Origin: a virus
Length of the DNA: 64,000 nt
Virus record (IMG/VR): IMGVR_UViG_3300037089_000506
Reading direction: 5' to 3' (one strand)
The notes under the pieces are model-generated. The model searched no databases and was not told the origin of the DNA. It worked only from the letters and a program-made list of their open reading frames with translations. Of this stretch, positions 38,843 to 49,607 are shown piece by piece. Numbering within the stretch: the first letter of the stretch is position 1; the number at the start of each line of letters is the position of its first letter. Both the position numbers and the translations under genes were made by a program.

Positions 38843-40627
38843 ATGAAGATTATGGTGACAACAGATACGCACTGGGGCTTCTCAGTCAAAGGCGACCAGG
38901 CTAATTTAGTCATGCTCCAAAACATGAAAGAAGAGAAAGCAGATGCTCTTATTCACTGTGGAGACTGGGGCTCAGTCTCTTTTGCTGATCGCTATAACTA
39001 CTGGAAAACAGTTAGAGATAGACTAGGTAAGGATTTACCTATTGGAACTATTATGGGGAATCATGACTGTCTTGATAGAGAAACCGAACTTTTAACTAAA
39101 AGAGGGTGGGTTAACTACTCCTTCATTAGCAAAGAAGATAGTATTTATAGCTATAATATACAAGAAGATAAAGGACAATGGGATAAAATAAATAATATCA
39201 TTATTAGAGAAACCGATAAAGTACTATCTACTCAAGTAAAGCAATACTCTTTTGTTGGAACTGAAGGACATAGAGTATTGTGTTCTACTAGAAAGAAAGG
39301 AGAGTTTAAAGAATATGACTATCTTCCTGCAAAGAATATAAAGGGAAGAATAAAAATAAAGTCATGTGCCACAGAAAAAAAAGAAGACTATAATATACCC
39401 GATGGAATTATCCAATTAGCAGCATGGATACTCACTGATGGATATATTGGAAGAAAAAAAGATACACATACAGGACAGTATATTATCTATCAATCAAAAC
39501 CTATTGATAATATACTCACTATTCTTACTTCTTTACATTATACTTATACTATTTATGAGAGAAATAGAAACATACAAGAAATATGTGGTAAAAAATTAAT
39601 TAAAAAATGCTTGCCACAAAAAGAAATAATATTATCTAATGCTTCAGCTAAAGATTTTTCTAAATATCTCTATACAAAAATATTTCCTGATTGGGTGTAT
39701 TCCTTAAGTGATAGACAATTTGAATTATTTTTAATTTCAGTTTTACAGGCTAATGCCTCTAAATCTACCTGTGGTGAAAGTTATATGCTTTATGGTACTG
39801 AAGAATTTTTGGAAAATTTTCAGATTTTATGCCTTCTTCATAATAGAAGAACTTTATACAAAATTGATTCAAGAGGAGATCCAAGACTATATATTACAAA
39901 TAAAGATTCAGTTCAATTTGATGCTACTTATCATAATGTGCTTATTGAGCAGAAACAAACAGTATGGTGCTTAGAAGTACCTCTAACAAACTTTATGGTA
40001 AGAAGAAGAGGAACTACTTATTTCACTGGTAATTGTTGGAGTTTGCCTAAAACAGTATCTACTGATATTCCATATATTTCTCCTAAAAACCCCTATGAAG
40101 TATATTTACAGAATATGGAGATATTAAAGAAGTTTGATATTGTTTATCTTTTTGATGGTATGGAATTACAAGAGGAAAAGAAAACTTTACTCATTCAAGG
40201 TTTCGATGGATGGTACAGAGATGATGTTTACACTAATGATAAAAACTATATTCCTGGATTCCAGACGTTAGGTATGGAATGGTTACAGAAACGCTCTCAT
40301 TTTCAATTTGGGGAAGTCATACAGAGTCTGAAAGAGGCTAAAGACAAAGGGAATATAACAATGTTAGTAACTCATTTTGGCTTTATTGCAGAGGATGCTG
40401 AGAATGATTGGAAATCTAGAAGTGCACAGGGTCCTTTTGGTAAACTTCAAGAACCTCAATATTTCGGTGCTAATTTAAAGTATGAAGATTATCTTGACAA
40501 AGTTGATTATATGTTGTATGGTCATAGTCATAGTGCTTTTGCTGGTACTGCTAAAAACGGAACTACAAAGGTGTTAAACGTAGGTTCAGATTATGAGTTA
40601 CCTAAATATCAGATTCTGGAGGTTTAG
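38843..40627 (+). CDS. calcineurin-like metallophosphoesterase containing an intein
   Basis: DTH, GDW, GNHD, GHSH motifs. Confidence 0.85.
   Translation: MKIMVTTDTHWGFSVKGDQANLVMLQNMKEEKADALIHCGDWGSVSFADRYNYWKTVRDRLGKDLPIGTIMGNHDCLDRETELLTKRGWVNYSFISKEDSIYSYNIQEDKGQWDKINNIIIRETDKVLSTQVKQYSFVGTEGHRVLCSTRKKGEFKEYDYLPAKNIKGRIKIKSCATEKKEDYNIPDGIIQLAAWILTDGYIGRKKDTHTGQYIIYQSKPIDNILTILTSLHYTYTIYERNRNIQEICGKKLIKKCLPQKEIILSNASAKDFSKYLYTKIFPDWVYSLSDRQFELFLISVLQANASKSTCGESYMLYGTEEFLENFQILCLLHNRRTLYKIDSRGDPRLYITNKDSVQFDATYHNVLIEQKQTVWCLEVPLTNFMVRRRGTTYFTGNCWSLPKTVSTDIPYISPKNPYEVYLQNMEILKKFDIVYLFDGMELQEEKKTLLIQGFDGWYRDDVYTNDKNYIPGFQTLGMEWLQKRSHFQFGEVIQSLKEAKDKGNITMLVTHFGFIAEDAENDWKSRSAQGPFGKLQEPQYFGANLKYEDYLDKVDYMLYGHSHSAFAGTAKNGTTKVLNVGSDYELPKYQILEV
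39068..40033 (+). mobile_element. intein with LAGLIDADG-type domain (322 aa)
   Basis: N-terminal CLDRETELLTKRGW, block B VGTEGHRV, LAAWILTDG, C-terminal FTGN/C. Confidence 0.85.
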
Positions 40628-40797
40628 TATGATGTATGGAAATTTAGCTAAAGAAGGGCTTAATGTAAAAGTTATAGATCAAAGCACATTAACTTCTGAC
40701 TGCTGGGGAATTCAATTCGAAGGACTTTCAGCATGTGCACATTGTGAGTATAAGAATACTAAAAAATGTGGGGGTGGTAATACACTAAAAAAATTAA

Positions 40798-40882
40798 GGA
40801 AGGTTGCCGGATAGGAATCGGCCCAGTTTGCTAAACTGAGAGCTAGGTTAAACTAGAGCAGGATCGTTACCTGCACCTTCCG
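40798..40882 (+). tRNA. tRNA-Ser(GCT)
   Basis: loop TTGCTAA, long variable arm, G73. Confidence 0.85.
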
Positions 40883-41502
40883 TAAGGAGTGAATATGATT
40901 ATCTATGAAATCGAAATTTATTCTGATGTAGGAAAAATCTATGCCATTAAAGGACGAAGGATAGAAAAGGCAGATATGATGATTCCAAGAGAGTGGTGCT
41001 CCCGCTATAGAATCAGTTGTGAAGAATTACAACTAAAGGAAGCAGTAAAGATACTCTATGATTATGCTTTAAATAAAGCTAAATTGGAAGTAAAGGAAGC
41101 TGAAGAAAAATTAGAACAACTACAATTTATTGATATATCCCAGTATGAGTTAGTAGATGCTACTATTCCTATTACGCCTATAGAAGGAGAGCTTAGATTA
41201 TGAAAGTAGAATTAATTCAGTATTTTATCAGAACTGCTGCTCAAGAGTTTTATTCTCTCAAAGCCCCTAAAGAAAATAAAAACTATGCTCTCTATTTAGG
41301 AGAAGATGATGAGCATATGTGGATTCATCCTATTTTTATAGGTACAAAAGATAAAGTTCCTTTCATATATTTTGGTAGTGTTTCTCGTTTTATGATTGGA
41401 GATATTATTATCTATGATGATGAGGAGTTAATGGAATATATCACCGATGCTCCCTTTGGTGAAATGAAACATAAAGGACTATCAATTTTTGACTAAATAA
41501 AT

Positions 41503-41586
41503 GGTTCCATAGCCAAGTTGGAAAGGCCCCCGACTGCAAATCGGAGGGTTCCGAAAGGATCGGGGGTTCAAATCCCTCTGGGACCT
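41503..41586 (+). tRNA. tRNA-Cys(GCA) with long variable arm
   Basis: CCCGA-CTGCAAA-TCGGA, U73, GTTCC-GAAA-GGATC extra arm. Confidence 0.8.
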
Positions 41587-41598
41587 AAAGGAAGGATA

Positions 41599-42162
41599 AT
41601 GAGAATACTGGTGGATATGGATGGAGTTCTTAATCTCTGGAATGATCATTTCATTGCCTGGGTAAAAAATTTAGGCTATGATTTTGATGAGTATGAATAT
41701 ACCCATAATGGCGATTGGGAAATAGATAAGTTCATTATAGCCCCTGAAAAAGGTAAAAAAATAATGGATAATATTTGTGTTAATATGAATTTTTGGGCTA
41801 CAATTCCTCCTGATAAAACTGCTATTCCTGTAATGAAAGAATTGAATAAAAAATATAATATATTCATCGCTACTGCTCCTTGGAGCGAGGATGATAAATA
41901 TAAAATAGATAAAATAAAATGGATGAAAAAGTATTTTAATTTCATTGATTCTCATCAGATTATACTCTGTAAGAAAAAATGGGAAATCCCTGGGGATGTT
42001 ATTATTGAAGATAAGCCAGAGACTATTGACAAATGTAATTCAGTTATGTATACTATATGCCATGATCAGCCTTACAATAAGAATTGTAATCCTGATTATA
42101 GATTTTCAAACTGGAATGTAGTTCCAGGGATTTTACAAAAGATTGAAAAGGAAATGAAATGA
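41599..42162 (+). CDS. 5'(3')-deoxyribonucleotidase (NT5C, HAD)
   Basis: ILVDMDGVL, IATAPW, IIEDKP; start moved past the tRNA. Confidence 0.85.
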   Translation: MRILVDMDGVLNLWNDHFIAWVKNLGYDFDEYEYTHNGDWEIDKFIIAPEKGKKIMDNICVNMNFWATIPPDKTAIPVMKELNKKYNIFIATAPWSEDDKYKIDKIKWMKKYFNFIDSHQIILCKKKWEIPGDVIIEDKPETIDKCNSVMYTICHDQPYNKNCNPDYRFSNWNVVPGILQKIEKEMK

Positions 42163-42349
42163 GAGAATCTATTTTGAGAGTATTTGAATATCTGGTGGTA
42201 ATACTTATTCTTATTTTATTTGTAATACCACAGTTAATGGATTTTGATAGTCTTATTGTTCGTTTTAGTGGATTAATATTATTAGTTCCTGTATTCTTAT
42301 TTGTAGTAGCTACAATGAAGGAACTAAAGAGTATATTGAAGAAGTAAAG

Positions 42350-42970
42350 TTATCGAAGCCTACTATCTATTATGGATTTAATAATAGATAAATACTTTAA
42401 GGAGGATTCTTTGGTAAAATGGCGTTGAGAAGAAACATCTATAATGCAAAGAGAGATATTATTTATTTGGCACTCTTTAAATTTATTATTATCATTGCTT
42501 TGTATTGAGGATAGTTTTTCTTTTCCAAAAATAGGTTCGTAATGGAATATGCCATTAAGTTCAAATGCAAGGGAATATTGAGGAAGATAAATATCTAATT
42601 CTGAACCTATGGTTTGTTTATTATTAAAAAGAAAAATAGTAGTGGGATATAATGAGAGAAGGGAATTTTGAAGATACTTTTCTACTTTAGATATGCGGGT
42701 TCCTTTTGTTTTGTGCTTATTACTAAAGGAGGCTGAACAGGAATGAGAGCAAAAAGAGGGGAAATGTTTTGCTTGTTTATACTGAGAATATGAAATTAAC
42801 TGATTACAGTTTTTACAGTAAAAAGGATTCTGTAAATATTTCTCAATATTACTTTGTTGAATTACTTTTGATAGAAGTCGATGTGGTTTGTGTGTACATA
42901 CTACGTGACTAGCCAGTTTCTGAGAAGTTTCAAAGGATTGTGAACAAACGGAACAACGGTATTTCAGCAT
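42350..42970 (-). mobile_element. PD-(D/E)xK homing-endonuclease-like protein with Zn fingers
   Basis: C2H2 finger, FCSHSC, ELDIYLP...FELNGIFHY. Confidence 0.7.
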
Positions 42971-43010
42971 ACTAAATTAGTATGGATGAATCTCTTATGT
43001 TTCGTTACAG

Positions 43011-43095
43011 GGAAGTCGAACCAGTGGGGTTCTGGAACGCACTTGAAATGCGATTGTGCCTGAAAAGGTATGGGGATCGAGACCTCCTACTTCCG
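43011..43095 (+). tRNA. tRNA-Ser(TGA)
   Basis: CGCA-CTTGAAA-TGCG, long variable arm, G73. Confidence 0.8.
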
Positions 43096-43342
43096 AATTT
43101 AGGAGTTATATGGAAAAAGTAGACTTGAATCCTAATGATGCTATTTATATTTTAGCATCATGTGTGGCTACCTTTCTCAACCATTTTAAGGCTGATGGTA
43201 TTATTGTTTCACATAAAGATGTGAGATATAATATAATGGCTGTAGAAGGAGTATTTACAGTGTGCAAGGATGAGTATCCAGAGCAGCCTGTGGGACAGAT
43301 GATAAAAATAAAAACAGGAGCTTGACTTTGTTTACAATATAG

Positions 43343-44098
43343 ATGTATATTGTATTAAACCTCGTTGAGGTTATAGGAAGTTTTATGACAGATTTACTGG
43401 AGGAAGAAATGAAAGATTTTACAAGTGTAGTCAACAAACAGGTTAGAGAACAAAGAGCACTAAATGTTCAGACATTTAAAGAGGAGCTAGATTCTGAGGA
43501 ATCAACAAAAAAGATATCACAGTATCTAGATAGGAATAAGAATTCCTTACCAGAGAACTCTACTGTAGAGACTCTTAGGGCAGAAGCAGCTAATAATATA
43601 CATCTAGCAATAGCATTGGCAGTTAATCCAACCCGACAGAAGCCTCATGAAAAAGAAGCAGAAAAGTGGATTAATAAACTCAGTAAAAAATATAATATGA
43701 TTCCTCTTTATGATTATCCTTCCTTTAAACTTCCTGATCTTGGTTCTGATGCTCTCTATATAGAAGAGGGGGAGATTGTTTTCAAGGAAGATAAATCTGA
43801 AAACAACATTACTAAAGCCCTTGATTTTGGCTTTCAGGTAGGAAATACTACAGTAATTTCTTCTCAAAAGTTTACTAAAGAAGTAGGAGGAGCACAGAAG
43901 GACTATGAAATAGAAATGGCAAATTTTATGATGTATGCTAAACTCAATAAGTCACCTTCAATGTATTTTCTTGCTTTGGTAGATGGGGAGTACTATACTA
44001 AAGAAAGAATAGAGTTTCTTAACAGGAATTTTGGTACTACACGGGTAGTGGCATTATCAATCAATGATCTTTCCACTTTTATTGAAAAACTAGCATAA
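43343..44098 (+). CDS. putative restriction endonuclease
   Basis: directly upstream of the MTase; ALDF...QKFTKE resembles a PD-(D/E)xK core; start may be 43385. Confidence 0.4.
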   Translation: MYIVLNLVEVIGSFMTDLLEEEMKDFTSVVNKQVREQRALNVQTFKEELDSEESTKKISQYLDRNKNSLPENSTVETLRAEAANNIHLAIALAVNPTRQKPHEKEAEKWINKLSKKYNMIPLYDYPSFKLPDLGSDALYIEEGEIVFKEDKSENNITKALDFGFQVGNTTVISSQKFTKEVGGAQKDYEIEMANFMMYAKLNKSPSMYFLALVDGEYYTKERIEFLNRNFGTTRVVALSINDLSTFIEKLA

Positions 44099-44101
44099 GT
44101 T

Positions 44102-45136
44102 ATGAGCAGTACTGAAAAAAAAGAATTAGGTCAATTCTATACAAAAAATGCAGAGTACATTGTAGGAAATCTATTATCTATTTTTCCCAGTACTGCTACT
44201 ATTGTAGACCCTTTTGCAGGGGAAGGGGATTTAATACGTCTCCTTCCCTTCTCTGTAATTGAAGAATATGATATTGATCCTAAAAGAGGTACTACAATAA
44301 GACAAGATACTTTATTAAATCCTCCTAATTACAAAAACAAGTGGATATTAACAAATCCACCATATTTAGCCAAGAATAAAACTAAAAATAAAATGCTTTT
44401 TAATAAGTATCAATTAGACGATTTATATAAAATATCAATAAAAACTATTATTGGGTGTAAAGGAGGGGTTTTAGTAGTTCCTCTTAACTTCTTTTCTTGT
44501 AGAGATGGTTCAGTAAGAAATCAATTCTTAAACAATTACAGAGTAATAAAAGTAAATGTTTTTGAAGAACAAATATTTTCGGATACAACCTATACTATAT
44601 GTTCATTTTCCTTTGTAGAAAAGTCTTTTGCAGAGTTACCTTCTTCTGTTTCTTTTACTTTTTTTCCCTCATTGGAGAATAAAAATATACAGATTTTAGA
44701 GGAGAATAGTTATACTATAGGTAATGAAATATATAATCTACCTAAGAGTGGGGTAAAGATAAGTAGACTATTAAAAGATAAGGAATCCTCTGGGTATATT
44801 AGCAATATCAAGTTATATGCTATAGACTCTGGGTCTACTAAAGGTAGGATTAGACTAGAGTATGAGCCTGATCATTTTTATGGTAAAAGTACAGATAGAG
44901 GATTTGCTACTTTAGTGTTTTCTAAAAGGCTAACTTACTTAGAAGAATTAAATATAATATGGAAATTTAATAAAACTTTAGAAAGATATAGGGAAAGGTA
45001 TCATAGCCTATTTTTAACTAATTTTAGAAATTCTACTGTGTCCTATGCTAGAAAAAGAATTGATTTTGCTTTAGCTTATAGAATTATATCTAATCTGCTA
45101 TTAGCAAACCAAAAAAATCCTTTTGAGTTGGACTAA
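44102..45136 (+). CDS. amino (N6A/N4C) DNA methyltransferase
   Basis: GQFYT, VDPFAGEGDL, TNPPY. Confidence 0.85.
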   Translation: MSSTEKKELGQFYTKNAEYIVGNLLSIFPSTATIVDPFAGEGDLIRLLPFSVIEEYDIDPKRGTTIRQDTLLNPPNYKNKWILTNPPYLAKNKTKNKMLFNKYQLDDLYKISIKTIIGCKGGVLVVPLNFFSCRDGSVRNQFLNNYRVIKVNVFEEQIFSDTTYTICSFSFVEKSFAELPSSVSFTFFPSLENKNIQILEENSYTIGNEIYNLPKSGVKISRLLKDKESSGYISNIKLYAIDSGSTKGRIRLEYEPDHFYGKSTDRGFATLVFSKRLTYLEELNIIWKFNKTLERYRERYHSLFLTNFRNSTVSYARKRIDFALAYRIISNLLLANQKNPFELD

Positions 45137-45142
45137 TTTAGA

Positions 45143-45577
45143 ATGAGCATTAGTTGTGGCTTTATTCTCACCTGTAAAAATACTCTCCTTCTTGGGAGGG
45201 TAACACACCAGAATCACGGGGATATCCCTAAAGGACTAAAAGACGAAGGTGAGAACTTTCTTGAAGCAGCAGAACGAGAACTGTATGAAGAAACCTCGTT
45301 AAAAATAGAAAATAAAGATGCTATTAAAGAAATAGGCTTTCGAGACTATGGCCCCCATAAAATCCTCTATCTGTTCAAATATGAAGCTCCAGAACAGTAT
45401 ACAAATTTACATTGTGATTCTATGGTAGAATATGATCCTCAACGTGATTTTAGTAATTATGGATATTTTGAGCCTTTTCCTGAAATTGATAAATTTGAAT
45501 GGGTTGACATTATTAAAGTTAAAGAGTATACTATACCTAGATTGTATAGGGCAATTCAACCGTATCTAGGAGGATAG
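45143..45577 (+). CDS. Nudix hydrolase
   Basis: G(X5)E(X7)RELYEET Nudix box. Confidence 0.9.
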   Translation: MSISCGFILTCKNTLLLGRVTHQNHGDIPKGLKDEGENFLEAAERELYEETSLKIENKDAIKEIGFRDYGPHKILYLFKYEAPEQYTNLHCDSMVEYDPQRDFSNYGYFEPFPEIDKFEWVDIIKVKEYTIPRLYRAIQPYLGG

Positions 45578-45578
45578 T

Positions 45579-46007
45579 ATGAGAATAGCATCTGATAACA
45601 TAAAAGAACTCCAATTCAATGAAATATTTGTCTTTGGTTCTAACGAAAGGGGCTCCCATGGTGCAGGGGCTGCTTTATATGCCAAGGAGCACTTTGGAGC
45701 CATTCAGGGGCAAGGAATAGGCATCCAAGGGCAATCCTATGGGATTCCAACGAGGGATAGGTATATTGAAACACTTTCTATTGAGATAATACAAGGATAT
45801 GTGGAGCAGTTTACACAGTATGCCAAAGATACTCCTGACAAGACATTTCTTGTCACTGAGATAGGGTGTGGACGAGCACATTACAAGCCTGATAAGATTG
45901 CTACCCTCTTTGAGAAAGCAGCTATACTTGAGAACGTATACTTACCCCAGTCTTTCTGGGACATACTAAATAAGGTAAAGAAGGTGAACCCTGATAAACC
46001 TTATTGA
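45579..46007 (+). CDS. A1S_2505-like phage protein
   Basis: NEIFVFGSN..GSHGAGAA, QSYGIPT, FLVTEIGCG. Confidence 0.75.
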   Translation: MRIASDNIKELQFNEIFVFGSNERGSHGAGAALYAKEHFGAIQGQGIGIQGQSYGIPTRDRYIETLSIEIIQGYVEQFTQYAKDTPDKTFLVTEIGCGRAHYKPDKIATLFEKAAILENVYLPQSFWDILNKVKKVNPDKPY

Positions 46008-46723
46008 TAGCTAATCCTGCCTTGAATGGCATTCATAGGATTAATGGCTGCGGGGGCAGAAAAGGTAAAATCAGGGTTTAATACCTTACATTTATTCTGC
46101 CCCCATTTTTATTAAGGATGGAATATGATAAAAGATGAGCTAGATATTACTCCTTATAGAATAAGAAAGGGATTCTATAGAGACTATATAGATATTAATA
46201 TTTATGATATTTATAATAATAGTGAATGGTTTTCATATAGCAAAGTACACACTAAGTTTATTCATACTGTTTTGAACATAAGAAATGCAGCATATAAGGG
46301 AGCATAATGCTAGAAACTAAATTCAAGATAGCCCAGAGCTTCATAGGTAAAAAAGTCATCTATTATATGCCCTTACTCACAGGGGGAGTACAACAACAGG
46401 AATTGACAGTAAAGTCTGCCAGAATAGCAAAAGATATGGTAGTACTTGACTTTCAAGAATATGAGAGTTATGTTGTGAATATGGATGTGGTAGGTACCAT
46501 GACGAATGGTAAGTTTGCACCACTCTATGAGGAGCCTAAAATTGAAGAATGAAACATATACAGAAAGTTTTGTATTAGCTATGAGTACTGCTGGGATTGA
46601 TTTTAATAAGTATGATACTAAAATTATACTTGAGGCTCATCAAGCATACATATTAGCACCAGCACCAGATAATCGTGCAGACTATGCTTTGAGAATTTTC
46701 AATAAACACAAATAAGGAGTATT

Positions 46724-47011
46724 ATGAAACAGTTAGATGAACAGATGCAGACAGAGGTAGTGAATTTATTCAGAGGTATTTATACTTCTGATGAAGAAGT
46801 AGAAGCATTGAAAGAGTCTATAAAAGTTTATAATAATTCTAAAAAAGAAATGATAAAGAACACAGCAGAAAAGTTGGAAGTGAAACCTTTACATATTAGA
46901 AAAGCATATAAGCAATGGGTTAATTCAATTCAAAACCCAGAAGAGGTTCAAGAAGTTGATGGTATTATTGCTTTTATCCAAGAGTTTGTTGCTGATAAAA
47001 TAGGAGAGTAA
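46724..47011 (+). CDS. possible DsbA/GapR-like dsDNA-binding protein
   Basis: short helical protein of similar length and pattern; weak. Confidence 0.3.
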   Translation: MKQLDEQMQTEVVNLFRGIYTSDEEVEALKESIKVYNNSKKEMIKNTAEKLEVKPLHIRKAYKQWVNSIQNPEEVQEVDGIIAFIQEFVADKIGE

Positions 47012-47013
47012 GT

Positions 47014-47775
47014 ATGTATAAATTCATTTATTCTGAAGAGGAATTACATACGTTTTATGATATAATATTGCCTCCACTGAATGATAATGAAGTTTACTTT
47101 ATATCTCTTTCAGCCCGTAAAAAGTACTTACCCGAGGATATGAGAGATATCCTTGATGGTTCTTCAGAGATGTTTGAACGGAAACTAATAGAAAAGAAAG
47201 ACTGGAATCTATTTTTAAGAACCATTAGACGTTATGAATGCAATGATGGCGCTTATATATCATTAGAGGGAGAACCGTATCCTAATGATGCTATGATAGT
47301 GTATATGAATTTCAACCCCTGCGATGTTATTAAAGCCTATGAAGAGTTCATCATGGATTCAACAAAAAATATGATGGCATTAGCATTGGGCAGAGGATCA
47401 TCACCAGATTACTTTAAAAGAGTTCAACATAATCTAATGACTGCTATGCATCATAGTAGGGGGACTAAACATTATATTGATTTAGATATTGATTTTTTTG
47501 ATGGGGCTAAAGATATAAAATCACTACAAGTTATCCTTAATGTATTGAGAGAGAAAAATGTTCAATTCTTTGTCATTGAAACTCATGGTGGATATCATGT
47601 TTTAATAAAAGTAAATACTATTCATTTTAATTATATGGAAATAATGAAAGAAATCCAAAAGGATTCAACAAAAATTCAAGATATTATGAACAATAGTCAG
47701 GGCATGGTGAGTCTCCCTGGTACTATACAGTCTGGATTTGAAGTAAAAGTATTATACGATTTATCTTCCTTTTAG
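47014..47775 (+). CDS. conserved phage hypothetical protein
   Basis: IDLDID and ETHGGYHVL motifs. Confidence 0.55.
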   Translation: MYKFIYSEEELHTFYDIILPPLNDNEVYFISLSARKKYLPEDMRDILDGSSEMFERKLIEKKDWNLFLRTIRRYECNDGAYISLEGEPYPNDAMIVYMNFNPCDVIKAYEEFIMDSTKNMMALALGRGSSPDYFKRVQHNLMTAMHHSRGTKHYIDLDIDFFDGAKDIKSLQVILNVLREKNVQFFVIETHGGYHVLIKVNTIHFNYMEIMKEIQKDSTKIQDIMNNSQGMVSLPGTIQSGFEVKVLYDLSSF

Positions 47776-48665
47776 TATTGACATTTATTATATTACATAG
47801 TATATTCCTATTATGAAGAACTCATTAGAAGGGGGAGTCTAATGGAATATATGAGTGAAAGAAAATTAGTTGAGATGGAGAATGAGCAAGGATATTGGGC
47901 TCGTGGTACCAAAGTATGGGGAGTAACAGGAAGTCACCATGTTGATTTTATGATGGAGCACCCTGATTATTTTGATACTACTACCAAAGAAATTCTTAAT
48001 ATGTTTAAAGCTAATAATGAAACTCTAGAGCATGATAAAATAACGAGAGAACAGTTAATTTTCATTGCATGTAAACAAGGTTGGATTAGGGTTCGTCATT
48101 ATATTACTCCACAAAATTTTTGGTCTATTCAATGTGATAAAATTAAGCTTAGAGAAAGAACCATACGAGATTTTATTGAAGATTTTGCTCTTAAAAATAA
48201 GCTTATGGAATATAATGCTAAATTGATTATCATTGGATTGGATTCTAATGATGAAATGGATATATACAAATCTGAGGAAGGTGGGGCTGTTGCTTTCCTT
48301 AGAAAGGTAGGAATGGAGGAAAACTCTGAAGTAAAATTAGATGATTTGCTAAGGGAGTATAAATAATGGACAAAAACTATGTAATTAAAATCCAGAATGG
48401 TAAAGCCCATCGATATGATACTCATGGTGCTCATTATAATACTTATTTTTATGATAATGTAGTATCAGGATTAATCCAGAATGATGAAGTGATATTGACA
48501 TTAAAGGATGGACATGTTAAGATATTGGGGTTGAGTGGAACATTAAAACGTTCAATATAAGGAGAAATAAATGAGTAGAGAGCAAATGATAGTTTATCTT
48601 GATAATATCCAGCCTATTAAGGATAAGAGTTATCAACCTTTGGCGGATAGTCTCACTAACTATAC

Positions 48666-49607
48666 ATGGCGTATTTCATTTATTGTATTGAGAACATAAT
48701 AAACCACAAAAAATATATAGGGCAAACATCTAAAACTATTGAAGAAAGATTTTGTGCCCATAAAAAATGCATGATTAGAAGAAAGAATCAAGTTTTGTAT
48801 GATGCTATGAATAAATATGGTATAGATAATTTTATTATTTACCAAGTGGAAGAGTGTAATAAAGAGAATTGTAGTGAAAAGGAACAGTATTGGATAAAAC
48901 AATATAACACCACTAATAGGGATTTTGGCTATAATATGACTGGTGGTGGAGAGAAATGTAATAAGCTAGAAGGATGGTCAGAAGAAAATAAAAAAGAACT
49001 GTATAAGAAACAAGCTATGAAAAGAAAGAAATCTGCTCAAAAGTTAGGGGTAGAACATTTTAATCAATTACCTGAGAATAGGGTAAAATTAGGTAAACAT
49101 CTGAAAGGAAAGACCTTTGAGGAAGTTTATGGAAAGGATCGTTCTGATGCTATCAAGCTTAAAATAAGTAGAACCTTAAAAAATATTGGGCATAAGCCCC
49201 CTATACACCATGGAGGGAATCATGGGTATCATCTTACTAATGAGGATAAGCAAAAAATGAGCGTTGCTCGTAGAGGAAAGACATATGAAGAGATATATGG
49301 AATCACAACTGCTAAGGTGATGAAGGATAAAAAAGTAGAAGTTAGCCTTAAAAGACAGTTCAATATCAAAAAAGAATCACTAAAGATAAGAATAAAGGTT
49401 CTAGATTATCTTAGTAATAATAAGGGAGTCTCTTACAAAGATATCCCTGTAGGGAAGGCTTCTATTCATAATATTAGAACACTTCTACGAGAAATTGGTA
49501 TTGACAATTATCAATTTTTTAAGTATAATTTCTTAGGAAATGATAAAGATTGGTGGGAATTCTTCCAATCTAAAATTTTATTTTTAAGGAGTAAATATGC
49601 AGAATAA
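48666..49607 (+). mobile_element. GIY-YIG homing endonuclease
   Basis: FIYCIENIINHKKYIGQT, GYNMTGGG; overlaps the RNA ligase start. Confidence 0.85.
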
